From the IMG/VR virus record IMGVR_UViG_3300048857_000052, positions 1 to 38,361 of that record: a DNA stretch of 38,361 bases, one strand, 5' to 3'. Below are positions 1-8,590 of the stretch, piece after piece. This stretch comes from a virus. Its lineage: Duplodnaviria > Caudoviricetes. A model generated the notes under the pieces. The model made no database searches. It was not told the origin of the DNA and saw only the letters and a program-made list of their open reading frames with translations. Numbering within the stretch: the first letter of the stretch is position 1; each line of letters begins with the position of its first letter. A program made the position numbers and the translations under genes.

Positions 1-642
1 ATGGAGGTTCTCGGTACCGTCCTCACGACGCTTCTGGGCACGGCTGGCCTCGCGAGCCTCGCCACTGCAGCGTCGCAGCTTGGCCAGTCCGCGCGTCTCC
101 GCGCACGCATTGAGAAGAACTCCGAGGCGGCTCAGCGCTTCGAGCCCACGTCGGTCGCAGCTCGTAGCCTTCAGATGGCTGCCCGCGACGCGGCGCTCGA
201 GCTTGCCGCGCGGCAGTCGGTGCGGATGACGGGACTCGATCAGACCGTCGCGCTCTTCCCGTTGGGCGGCGCGGCCTTCGGATTCTGGGCCCTCTGGAGG
301 CTCCTTGACGAGGCGCGACCAGCCATCGAGGCCGCAGCGGAAGCGAACAAGATCGACGTGTCCTGGGCACTGAATGCGGACTTCATCAGTGTCTTCGTCT
401 TCACCTGCCTCATGGGGACTGCCGCGCAGTTGCCGTGGTACCAGCTCGCTAGGGAGCGGCGGAAGTTCGTCGCTGAACTGATGGACGAGGGCGACGCACT
501 CCTCTCCCGCGCGGACGTCGGCGACGTCCGTGTCCGCGTGGACCCGTTCCCACCGATCGCGTCCACTGCTGCGTGGATCGCACGCCGTCGGAAGGTTCGC
601 CGCCACCTGGTCCGCCGGCACAACGGCGACATGAGACGTTGA
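1..642 (+). CDS. Hypothetical membrane protein (about 3 hydrophobic segments), possible prophage cargo
   Basis: 213-aa ORF with hydrophobic stretches (VLGTVLTTLLGTAGLASLA, VALFPLGGAAFGFWALW, FISVFVFTCLMG); convergent with the integrase. Confidence 0.65.
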   Translation: MEVLGTVLTTLLGTAGLASLATAASQLGQSARLRARIEKNSEAAQRFEPTSVAARSLQMAARDAALELAARQSVRMTGLDQTVALFPLGGAAFGFWALWRLLDEARPAIEAAAEANKIDVSWALNADFISVFVFTCLMGTAAQLPWYQLARERRKFVAELMDEGDALLSRADVGDVRVRVDPFPPIASTAAWIARRRKVRRHLVRRHNGDMRR

Positions 643-664
643 GGTAGGGGTCAGTCGAGGATCC

Positions 665-2221
665 CTACGGTGCGAACGGCTGCGCCTCCTCCTCCCACGC
701 GCCGTGCACCTCGATGTCGCAGCCGCGTGCGACGTCCCGACGCCGGACTCGCACGACAGCGATCTCGCGCAACATCCGCGCGGCGTCTGTCGGCGGCAGC
801 GCACCCCAGGATTCGAGGAGGTGACCGGCCGTGGTCGCGTGCCGCTGGTCTGCCTCCTCCTGGCGCTCAAGGCGTGCGAGCTCGCGCTCTGCGTCGCGCT
901 TCTCGTCGAGGAGAGCGTCGCGCGCGGCTTCGTAGGCGCTCGCAGGGATCAGCCGGCGACCGAGGTCGACCGTCAGGTTGGCCAGCGCACGCTCGGCGTC
1001 GAGGGCCTTGTCTCGCAGGCGGCGGCGCTGTACCTCGGCGGCCGCCGTGTTCGTCGGCGACTCGGCGGCTGCCACGGCGGCTGCCTCGACGCGCTCGCGG
1101 ACGGTGGGCAGCCAGTCGAGCACGGCCGCCTCGACGACGTCGTAGAGGGCCGAGGCCTGCCGTCCGCAGTCGCGGTTGGTGCAGGACAGCCGATCCCGGG
1201 AGTTGCGGCCGCGGTGGCGCTGGCGTGGCATCCGTGCCCCGCAGGTACCGCAGCGCACGACGCCGGACAGCGGGGTCGCGGCGGCGAGTAAGCGCGGCGA
1301 CTCCGCGCGGCGCTGGCCGCGAACCTCGAGCGTGGCTTTCCACGTGGCCTCGTCGATGATCGGCTTGTGGGCACCGTCGACGTACACGTAGTTCTTGCAC
1401 TGCGCGCCAGCTGCGTGTCGGGCGACGCAGTCCGGGTCGTGCACGCGGAGGAAACCGGCCGCGAAGCCGTTCTCAAGGAAGCCGCCCACGCCCGCGAAGC
1501 TCCACGGCTTCTTCGACCGGGGGCTCTCAACGCCGATCGTGGCGAGCCAGCGCGCCAGCGGGATGAGGCCTTCGCCGGCGATGTACCGGCGGTGCAGCTC
1601 CCGCACGACGTCGGCGGTCCCGAGGTGATCACCGTCGGACTCGTCCGGGAGGTAGGTCTTCGTCTGCGGGTCGTATGTGTAGCCGAGCCGGGGCGATCCG
1701 CTGTGCGGCAGCCCGTGGCGTCGGCGTCGTGCTTGGACGTCGCGCCAGGACTCTCCGATCGCCTCGGCCTTGTACGCGTGCATCTCGGCGAGCACGCCGC
1801 GCTGGAACCGCCCGCTCGCCGTCGTGGCGTCGACCGGCTCGGTCGCCGACTCGATGCTGCCACCGGCCGACTCCACGCGGTCGAGTGCGACGTTCCAGCG
1901 GAGGCGGTTGCGGGCGTGCCGCGAGAACTCCCAGCCGAGGATGACGTCGACCTCGCCCGCTTCGACACGCTCGATCGTCGCGTCCAGGCGCGGCCACCAC
2001 GCTGAGCGTCGCCGAGAGCCGGACTCGTCGATCGCCTCGACCCAGTCGACGATGTCGATGCCCTGGCGGCCGGCGTACTCCTCGATCGCGTGCCTCTGGA
2101 TCTCGGGAGACACCAGCTGGTCGCCGCGGCCGCCCTCCTTCGAGACGCGGACGATGCCGATGCCCCGTCTAGGTGCGCTCGGGACTGCACGCAGACGCGC
2201 ACGATTGGTCAACGTGGTCAT
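665..2221 (-). CDS. Large serine recombinase (phage integrase)
   Basis: Resolvase catalytic IVRVS and EFSRHARN motifs, recombinase domain, zinc ribbon LSGVVRCGTCG...C, coiled coil. Start reassigned to ATG at 2221, just after the immA-like stop. Confidence 0.95.
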   Translation of the reverse strand: MTTLTNRARLRAVPSAPRRGIGIVRVSKEGGRGDQLVSPEIQRHAIEEYAGRQGIDIVDWVEAIDESGSRRRSAWWPRLDATIERVEAGEVDVILGWEFSRHARNRLRWNVALDRVESAGGSIESATEPVDATTASGRFQRGVLAEMHAYKAEAIGESWRDVQARRRRHGLPHSGSPRLGYTYDPQTKTYLPDESDGDHLGTADVVRELHRRYIAGEGLIPLARWLATIGVESPRSKKPWSFAGVGGFLENGFAAGFLRVHDPDCVARHAAGAQCKNYVYVDGAHKPIIDEATWKATLEVRGQRRAESPRLLAAATPLSGVVRCGTCGARMPRQRHRGRNSRDRLSCTNRDCGRQASALYDVVEAAVLDWLPTVRERVEAAAVAAAESPTNTAAAEVQRRRLRDKALDAERALANLTVDLGRRLIPASAYEAARDALLDEKRDAERELARLERQEEADQRHATTAGHLLESWGALPPTDAARMLREIAVVRVRRRDVARGCDIEVHGAWEEEAQPFAP

Positions 2222-2228
2222 CCGGGTC

Positions 2229-2669
2229 TCAGCCGACGGCGCGTAGGTGGCGATCGGCCCGGCCAGCGCCCAGCCGGGCGGCGCTCGTGGTGCTGCGGCG
2301 CAGGACGTGGTCGCGCCAGGTCTGGGCGATGTGGGTGTCGATGTCGAGCTCGCGGGCGATGGCGCCCAGGTGGCCGTCGTGGAGCCGCTCGGCAAGTGCG
2401 TAGTCGACCGGCGAGACGAGCAGGTGAGCGGCGTGCACGTCCGCCTGCAGCTCATCGCGAGGCACATCGTGCATCGCCGACCAGCCGTGCCCGTGGACCC
2501 AGTGACCGATCTCGTGCGCCAGCGCGATGCGTTGCGTGGTCTCGGACTTGCGGTGGTTGAGCAGCGTCAGGCCAGTGCTGCGAACCTCGCCGGCGCGCCG
2601 GCCAAGGTCGCACCACTTGATCGCCATACCGAGCGACTCGGCGTGAGCGATCAGCTCATCCATCGTCAT
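2229..2669 (-). CDS. ImmA/IrrE family Zn metallo-endopeptidase (anti-repressor protease)
   Basis: QRIALAHEIGH (HExxH) and downstream ELQAD; lies between repressor and integrase; purine-rich RBS upstream. Confidence 0.9.
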   Translation of the reverse strand: MTMDELIAHAESLGMAIKWCDLGRRAGEVRSTGLTLLNHRKSETTQRIALAHEIGHWVHGHGWSAMHDVPRDELQADVHAAHLLVSPVDYALAERLHDGHLGAIARELDIDTHIAQTWRDHVLRRSTTSAARLGAGRADRHLRAVG

Positions 2670-2703
2670 CGACACCCCTGCTCCCCCCGTGCGGTTCGCT
2701 CGC

Positions 2704-3087
2704 TCACGGCTCGACTTGGCGAGCCTCGACCTCGTCATCAGCGTCACGATCCATCGCGGCCAGCGTGAAGTCCTCCGGGTCGACTTCCTCGCCATCCAGC
2801 GTCACGAGGCGCGGCTGCACCGCGGCGGCCTCGTCCGCCGCGATGCGCTCCTCCGCCCAGCTCACGACCGTGGATACACGCATCCCGAGGGCCTGCGAGA
2901 TCGCATAGATCTCGCCCGCCGTAGCCGGCGGCGCCTCGGCGTTGAAGATCTTGCCGAGCCGCTTGCGAGAGATCTCCGTCCGCGACTCGAGCTCCACCTG
3001 CGTCATGCCGGCGTCGCCGAACGCCTCGCGCAGGATCTCGGCGACCTTCTCATCGAGCGGGCCGAGCAACTTGGGGACGCGTGCCAT
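2704..3087 (-). CDS. XRE-family immunity repressor (ImmR-like)
   Basis: HTH GMTQVELESRTEISRKRLGKIFN plus acidic C-terminal tail; directly upstream of the ImmA-like gene and divergent from the Cro-like gene. Confidence 0.85.
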   Translation of the reverse strand: MARVPKLLGPLDEKVAEILREAFGDAGMTQVELESRTEISRKRLGKIFNAEAPPATAGEIYAISQALGMRVSTVVSWAEERIAADEAAAVQPRLVTLDGEEVDPEDFTLAAMDRDADDEVEARQVEP

Positions 3088-3193
3088 GCGGCACACATTG
3101 CCATATGGCACAGGCGAACGCCAGCATCCCCCGCTTGACAGCGTGCCATTTGGCACACATCATCTTCCGCATGGTGGATGTGCCAAATGGCCC
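3081..3193. promoter_or_regulatory. Genetic switch: four 14-bp operators plus divergent promoters
   Basis: GTGCCATGCGGCAC (3081-3094), TTGCCATATGGCAC (3098-3111), GTGCCATTTGGCAC (3143-3156), GTGCCAAATGGCCC (3180-3193). Rightward TTGACA (3135-3140), 17 bp, CATCAT (3158-3163), 7 nt, ATG 3171. Confidence 0.85.
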
Positions 3194-3545
3194 ACGGGCC
3201 TTCTCCGCGGCGCTCGCTGCCGAACTCCGCGCCGAGATGGAACGACAGGGCATCACGGGTCTGGAGCTCGCAGCGCGCTCGCGCGTCGACCCCTCCTCGA
3301 TCTCCCGCTGGTCGCGGGGCCGTCGCGAGATGTCCGCCGAGACGATCCGGAGTGTCGCCCACGGACTCGGCCTAACCGCCGAGGAGCTCGTCGCCCGCGC
3401 AGAGGCCGCGCTCGCGCGTGCCGAGCCGCACGAGGCGACCGACAAGGGCATCGAGGCGGACCAGCCGCCCGACCCCCCGCCGGACCCGGATCAGCCGGCC
3501 CCGGCCTCGAAGAGAGACGCGTCGCGAAGGGAGCACCGCCAGTGA
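3171..3545 (+). CDS. Cro-like XRE HTH regulator
   Basis: LRAEMERQGITGLELAARSRVDPSSISRWSRGRR HTH; first gene of the rightward operon. Confidence 0.85.
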   Translation: MVDVPNGPRAFSAALAAELRAEMERQGITGLELAARSRVDPSSISRWSRGRREMSAETIRSVAHGLGLTAEELVARAEAALARAEPHEATDKGIEADQPPDPPPDPDQPAPASKRDASRREHRQ

Positions 3546-3808
3546 GCACCACCGAGACCCTCCTGACCCGGGACGCTGCGCTCGAACGCGCCGGCCGCAT
3601 CTTCGCGGACGCGCTCCGCAAGCAGGACGCCCTCTCGATCGAGGACGCTGCCGCGGCCGCCTACTGGGAGGGCGGCCCGCCCCTCGAGGCGATCACCGAC
3701 CACATCCGCCGAGTCCGCACCGCCCGCGCGGCCCGCGCCCGCGGCGAGTACGTGCCACTCATCCCGCCCCTGCGCGCCGGCTCCTCCGCGCGCTTCCGGG
3801 CCGCGTAA
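3542..3808 (+). CDS. Hypothetical phage protein
   Basis: GTG overlapping the Cro stop (GTGA) with GGGAG RBS; 88 aa. Confidence 0.7.
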   Translation: MSTTETLLTRDAALERAGRIFADALRKQDALSIEDAAAAAYWEGGPPLEAITDHIRRVRTARAARARGEYVPLIPPLRAGSSARFRAA

Positions 3809-3882
3809 CCCAGCGCTTCCCCGGCCTCGCACCGCTGCGAGGCCGCACAGCAATTCCTACCGAACACAGGGGGGAACGTCCC

Positions 3883-4149
3883 ATGGGACGTACTACACGC
3901 TCGAGCATCGGCGGGCGCGGCAGACTGCCGCGCCCCAAGACCGCGGGTGAAGACCGCTTCTTCACCGCACCCGGCGCCGCGATCACCGTGGTGATCGTCG
4001 CGGCGCTCGCGGCCGCCGGCCTGGCGCTCGCCGTGGTGTCACCGCTGAACTCCGGCGGGCACCTGATCGGCGGGCTCGGCTGCGAGCTCGCCGCCGGGGC
4101 CGTGCTGATCCGCCTCGCGAGGGTCGAGTACCGGCGGTGGTCGCGGTGA
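3883..4149 (+). CDS. Hypothetical membrane protein (2 TM)
   Basis: AGGGGGGA RBS then ATG; two hydrophobic segments. Confidence 0.65.
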   Translation: MGRTTRSSIGGRGRLPRPKTAGEDRFFTAPGAAITVVIVAALAAAGLALAVVSPLNSGGHLIGGLGCELAAGAVLIRLARVEYRRWSR

Positions 4150-4514
4150 TGCTCGCCTACACCGACACGACCGCCGCGGCGGCCGCCGGCGCCAGCACCG
4201 CGGCGCGCACCACAGTGCACGCGACCGACGCGCAGACCGACGCGTTCATGCGGGCGATCGCCGGCGTGCGCTCGGGCACGGAGTTCTCCGTGAACCTCGT
4301 GCGCCGCCAGCTCGACGCCGCGGTCGTCCCGCCGGTCGCCCGGGCCGGCCTGTTCAACGCCGCCGTCGAGCTCGGCCTGATCGAGGCGGTGTGGGCGGCC
4401 GCCGGCGCCCGCCGCGTGCCCGTCGTCGAGCCGTCCACGGGGGGCAGCGCCAAGGGCGCCCGCGTCCGCGTCTACCGCCGCACCGCCGCGGTCTACCGCG
4501 GGCCCGGCGGCTGA
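4149..4514 (+). CDS. Hypothetical phage protein
   Basis: TGATG coupling to the upstream gene; GC3-rich codon usage. Confidence 0.65.
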   Translation: MLAYTDTTAAAAAGASTAARTTVHATDAQTDAFMRAIAGVRSGTEFSVNLVRRQLDAAVVPPVARAGLFNAAVELGLIEAVWAAAGARRVPVVEPSTGGSAKGARVRVYRRTAAVYRGPGG

Positions 4515-4519
4515 CGCCG

Positions 4520-4696
4520 GTGGCGGCCGAGGACGACGACTGCGGCCACGGCTGGCGTAGAGGCGATCGGAACCGGGCGGGCTACCTGCTCTGCCCGACC
4601 TGCCGCCACGCCCAGACCGCGGCCGTGAAGCGCCTGGTGCGCATCCCCGCCCCGCCCGTCGACTGGCAGGCCCTGGCCGCCGGCGACACCGACTGA
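4520..4696 (+). CDS. Small Cys/His protein
   Basis: CGHG...CPTC motif; fills the operon gap. Confidence 0.55.
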   Translation: MAAEDDDCGHGWRRGDRNRAGYLLCPTCRHAQTAAVKRLVRIPAPPVDWQALAAGDTD

Positions 4697-4757
4697 CCCC
4701 CTGCTCTGCCCCTGCTGCATCCCCGCACTGCACTGCCCTGCTCTGCCGACCCGAGGA

Positions 4758-5255
4758 GTGACCGTGACCGAGCCCCACCTGTCCGTCGTCGCCGCCGACG
4801 AGCGCCCCGCCCTGCGCGTCCCGACGCCGGCCGACATCCGCCGCCAGCAGATCGCCGACGAGCTGCTCGGCGTCCTCGAGGACGCCGCCGACCGCGACCG
4901 CAGCGCCGCGGCCACCGTGAACCTCGTCGAGCGGGACCGCGCCGCCTTCGCCCGCTCCTCCGCCATCCCCGGCGCGCCCGCCACCGACGCCGACGCGCTG
5001 CCCGTCGTCGAGATCCCGGTGCTGGACGTGCCGATGCGCAAGGACCGTCCCCGCCCCAGCGAGACGTTCACCGCCCGCGTCGTCGACGAGGACCGCGGCG
5101 GCGCCATCCACCTGGTGCACGGCGTCACGCACTGGCGCATCCACGACGGCGCCCTGGCGCTCTACGGCGAGCAGGACGGCCGCCCGGTGAAGCTCCAGAC
5201 CATCAACGCCTTCTGCTGGACCCGCGTCGAGCGCCTCGCCGGCGGTGCCGCGTGA
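4758..5255 (+). CDS. Hypothetical phage protein
   Basis: GAGGAG RBS; 165 aa; stop overlaps the next GTG. Confidence 0.7.
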   Translation: MTVTEPHLSVVAADERPALRVPTPADIRRQQIADELLGVLEDAADRDRSAAATVNLVERDRAAFARSSAIPGAPATDADALPVVEIPVLDVPMRKDRPRPSETFTARVVDEDRGGAIHLVHGVTHWRIHDGALALYGEQDGRPVKLQTINAFCWTRVERLAGGAA

Positions 5256-6646
5256 ACGCCGCGGCCGCGCCCCACGTCGCACCGGCCACGCGCGTCGACC
5301 CGCGCACCCTCGTGCTGGCAGAGAACGTCCGCCGCGCCGTCGTGCTCGACACCGCCTTCAAGCGCGACGTCGCCGCCCGCGGCGTCCGCCAGCCGATCGA
5401 GGTACGCCTCGACCCGCTCGGCCAGCTGCTCGTCGTCACCGGCCAGCGCCGCACCCTCGCCGCGCTTGAGGCCGGACTGGCCGAGGTGCCCGTCGTGCTC
5501 ATCGACGACCTCGCCGACGAGGCCGACCGCATCGTCGAGCAGCTCGGCGAGAACCACCACCGGGCCGGCATCACCGCCGCCGACGACGCCGCAGCGGTCA
5601 AGCAGCTCGTCCTCTTCGGCCTCTCCCCCGCGCAGATCGCCAAGCGCACCGCCCGCCCCAAGGAGGAAGTCACCGCCGCGCTCGCGCTCGCCGACGCCTC
5701 GGAGCAGACCCGCACGGCGCTCGCGGACGTCGACCTGGTCACCGCGGCCAAGATCGCCGAGTTCGACGGCGACGAGCAGACGGTGACGCGGCTGACGGCA
5801 CTCGCGGCCGATGAGCCGCAGCGGCTCGACCACGAGATCGAGTGGGCCCGCCGCCGGGCGACGGAGCGCGCCGCGATCGACGTCCGCCGCGGCGAACTCG
5901 TCGCCCAGGGCGTCACCGTGCTCGACGAGGCGCCGCGCACGGGTGCCGCCGGCGCCACCGCCGCGTGGCTGTCCGACCTCACCGACCAGCCCAAGGCCGA
6001 CGGCACCGCGACGCCGATCGACCCGGCCGCCCATCAGCTGACCTGCCCCGGCCACGCGGTGCACCTGCCCGACGCCGACCTGCTGTCCGACGGCTCCGTG
6101 CACGTGCGAGAGCACGGTTACTGCCTGGACTGGCAGACGCACGGGCACTTCAAGCGCTCGGCCCGCAACACCGCCACCGCGACCTCCGGTCCTCGCCCCG
6201 AGGACGCCACCGCCGAGCGCCGCCGCGTCCGCGAGAACAACAAGGCCGCGGAGGCCGCGATCGTCGTGCGCCGGCGGTTCATCCGCGAGCACGTCCTCGC
6301 GAAGGCGACGGCGGGCAACACCTTCGGCCTGCTCTACGCCGCCGACATGCTCAAGACGCACGGCAACCGCCTCGCCGACTACGCCGTCTCGCAGATCGAC
6401 CGCGACTTCGGCATCGGCTCCCCGATCCACACCACGAGCGACGCCGCCCGCCACCTCGTGGCGCTCGCGGCCGCCATCGGTGAGGCCGCCTTGCACCGCG
6501 AGTTCTGGCGCCAACCGGCCTACGGCTACAGCGAGCACGAGCCCGCCGGCGTCATCCACCTGCAGCAACTGCGCGCCTGGGGCTATGCCCTCGCCGACGT
6601 CGAGCAGGAGTGGCTCGACGCCTACCTCACCAAGAAGGAGGCGTGA
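5252..6646 (+). CDS. ParB/Spo0J N-terminal domain protein
   Basis: ENVRR...GVRQPIEV...VVTGQRRTLAA...VPV...ENHHR signature, followed by an HTH-like segment (LSPAQIAKRTARP). Confidence 0.85.
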   Translation: MNAAAAPHVAPATRVDPRTLVLAENVRRAVVLDTAFKRDVAARGVRQPIEVRLDPLGQLLVVTGQRRTLAALEAGLAEVPVVLIDDLADEADRIVEQLGENHHRAGITAADDAAAVKQLVLFGLSPAQIAKRTARPKEEVTAALALADASEQTRTALADVDLVTAAKIAEFDGDEQTVTRLTALAADEPQRLDHEIEWARRRATERAAIDVRRGELVAQGVTVLDEAPRTGAAGATAAWLSDLTDQPKADGTATPIDPAAHQLTCPGHAVHLPDADLLSDGSVHVREHGYCLDWQTHGHFKRSARNTATATSGPRPEDATAERRRVRENNKAAEAAIVVRRRFIREHVLAKATAGNTFGLLYAADMLKTHGNRLADYAVSQIDRDFGIGSPIHTTSDAARHLVALAAAIGEAALHREFWRQPAYGYSEHEPAGVIHLQQLRAWGYALADVEQEWLDAYLTKKEA

Positions 6647-6648
6647 CC

Positions 6649-7068
6649 ATGACCGTCACCACGACCGACGTCGAGCGCATGCTCACCGGGCTCGGCGCCG
6701 AGCTGCGCCAGAGCGCCGTGCGCCTGAGCCCCGCGCCCTCCGACGTCACCTCCGACGTCATCACCGCTTTCGTGCGCGTCGAGACCACCCGCGCCGCGCG
6801 CGACGCTCGCCGCACGCTGCAAGAGGCGCTCGCGGCCGCGCAGGACGAGGTCGGAACGCTCGCCGCGCTGACGAGCCTGCGCATGCAGGCCGCGCTCGAC
6901 CCGCGCATCGACGAGGAGGTCCTGCACACCGAGTGCCTCCGCCTGCTCGAGCTGGGCGGCATCGGCTGCCTGCCGCAGGACCAGGCGGTAGACGCCGTCG
7001 TGGCCATGCTCGAGGGCTGGCAGCAGCGCCAGCAGCTCGACGGGACCGGCCGCCTGGCGGTGGCGTGA
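6649..7068 (+). CDS. Hypothetical phage protein
   Basis: AAGGAGG RBS; coupled in the operon. Confidence 0.7.
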   Translation: MTVTTTDVERMLTGLGAELRQSAVRLSPAPSDVTSDVITAFVRVETTRAARDARRTLQEALAAAQDEVGTLAALTSLRMQAALDPRIDEEVLHTECLRLLELGGIGCLPQDQAVDAVVAMLEGWQQRQQLDGTGRLAVA

Positions 7069-7934
7069 TGCCCGCGCCGAAGTGGATCCCGGCAGTGGGC
7101 GACGAGGTGTCATTCGAGAGCCGGAACAACCGCGGCCGCGTCTACGGCTGGGTCACCAGCGCCCGCTGGGACGGCCGCGAGAACGTCGTCGACGTGCGCA
7201 CCGGCGACGGCGCCGCCGTCAAGGGCATCCCGTGGACCGCAGTCACGCTCGACACCGCACCCAGCGGCCAGCCCGCACCGGAGCCCGAGCAGGACGCGCC
7301 CAGCGCAGCAGCTGGCCCGGCAGACGACGTGCTCGAGCGCGCCCGCGAGGTGCTCAACGCCGCGGTGCCGGCCGTGGCGCGGGCGCCGCGCTCAACGAGT
7401 GACGGCGCTGCGCCCGCGCCACGGCCGGAGCCGACGGCCACGCCCACGAGCCACGCGACGAAGCAGGGCGCAAATCTGCGCAAGCTGCGCACCGCGATCA
7501 AAGACGCGGGCCTCACCGCCCGCACGCTGCGCGAGTGGGCCCGCGAACACGGCATCGAGGTCGGCACCGTTGGACTGCCCGGCTGGGACGTCCTGACCGC
7601 CTACCTCGACGCCCAGCACGCCGACGGGACCACGACCGCGGACCTCGCGGCCGCGGCCGCCGAACGCGCCACCGGCGCACCCGCCACGCCGGCGCCCACG
7701 AAGACCAAGGCCGCGACCACCAAGCGTCGCCGCACCACGGCCACCGCCGCCCCGACCCCGACCACCGCAGACGTCGACGCCGTCCTCGGCGCCCTCGAGG
7801 AGTACGTCGAGGTCATCGCCTCCGCCGGCCTCACCGCCACCCCCGCGCTCGGCGACGTCGTCACCCGCCTCAACACCGCCACCACCGCGGCCCGCACCGC
7901 CATCCGCACGGCGCTCGCGGAGGTGGCGGCATGA
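7068..7934 (+). CDS. Protein with a divergent Lsr2-like DNA-binding domain
   Basis: LREWAREHGIEVGTVGLPGWDVLTAYLDA resembles the Lsr2 C-terminal domain (IREWA..G..V..RGR.P....AY); TGATG start. Confidence 0.7.
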   Translation: MPAPKWIPAVGDEVSFESRNNRGRVYGWVTSARWDGRENVVDVRTGDGAAVKGIPWTAVTLDTAPSGQPAPEPEQDAPSAAAGPADDVLERAREVLNAAVPAVARAPRSTSDGAAPAPRPEPTATPTSHATKQGANLRKLRTAIKDAGLTARTLREWAREHGIEVGTVGLPGWDVLTAYLDAQHADGTTTADLAAAAAERATGAPATPAPTKTKAATTKRRRTTATAAPTPTTADVDAVLGALEEYVEVIASAGLTATPALGDVVTRLNTATTAARTAIRTALAEVAA

Positions 7935-8068
7935 CCCCCGGCAACCGTCTCCTCCACGACGAGGACGCCCACGCCCACCTGCTCGCCTCGCTCGAGTACG
8001 GCGTGAACCCGCTCGTCGGCCGGTGGACGGCCGACAGCGACATCGACACCGACCAGGAGGACGCATGA
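7931..8068 (+). CDS. Small hypothetical protein
   Basis: GGAGG RBS; ATGA overlaps at both ends; 45 aa. Confidence 0.55.
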   Translation: MTPGNRLLHDEDAHAHLLASLEYGVNPLVGRWTADSDIDTDQEDA

Positions 8069-8475
8069 CGAAGCTCTCGTCGGGGCTACCCAGGGACCCC
8101 GAGAAGAACGGGCTCGCGTGGATCGCGCGCGACCTCGTGGCCAGGCCGATGAACCGCCACCTGATGATCGCCGTCGTCGACTGCTCCAAGATCACGACGG
8201 ACACCGACACCGGGATGCGCGAGCCGACGGTGCGTGTGCTGCGCATCGAGCGCGTCCACCCTCACGACGTCCCCGAGGTCGAGCGGCTCGTGCGCCGCGC
8301 TCTCGAGTACCGCTCAGGCGAGACCGTCCTGCCCATCGACGTCGAGCGCGAGATCGAGTCCTGGCTCGGCGCCGGCTTCCGCCTCGACCCCGAGACCGGC
8401 GAGCTCGTGCCCATCGAGCCCGACGACGCCGACACCAGTGCCGGCGATGAGGACGACGAGAGAGGCAACCAGTGA
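8065..8475 (+). CDS. Hypothetical phage protein
   Basis: AGGAGG RBS; acidic C-terminus with DPETGE motif. Confidence 0.75.
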   Translation: MTKLSSGLPRDPEKNGLAWIARDLVARPMNRHLMIAVVDCSKITTDTDTGMREPTVRVLRIERVHPHDVPEVERLVRRALEYRSGETVLPIDVEREIESWLGAGFRLDPETGELVPIEPDDADTSAGDEDDERGNQ

Positions 8476-8590
8476 GCGCCGCGGCCGTCATCACCGCGGC
8501 CGCCGCAGCCGTCGTCGTGGCGAGCTCGCTGGCCATCGTCGGGCTGGCGTGGGCCGAGGCCAGCGCCGCGCGAGAGGAGATCACCCATGA
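8472..8590 (+). CDS. Small single-TM protein
   Basis: GTGA and ATGA overlaps; hydrophobic SAAAVITAAAAAVVVASSLAIVGLAW. Confidence 0.5.

Noticed and set aside
643-664. attL/attR core search
   Set aside because: No matching sequence seen at the right end; serine integrase sites share only a very short core and the window is cut at gene boundaries.
2222-2467. N-terminal extension of the integrase ORF (600 aa in the track)
   Set aside because: It overlaps the ImmA-like gene in another frame and is low complexity; ATG 2221 fits the domain start.
3855-3880. CGAACACAGG as a possible LexA (SOS) box
   Set aside because: Only a half site; the GTTCG arm is missing.
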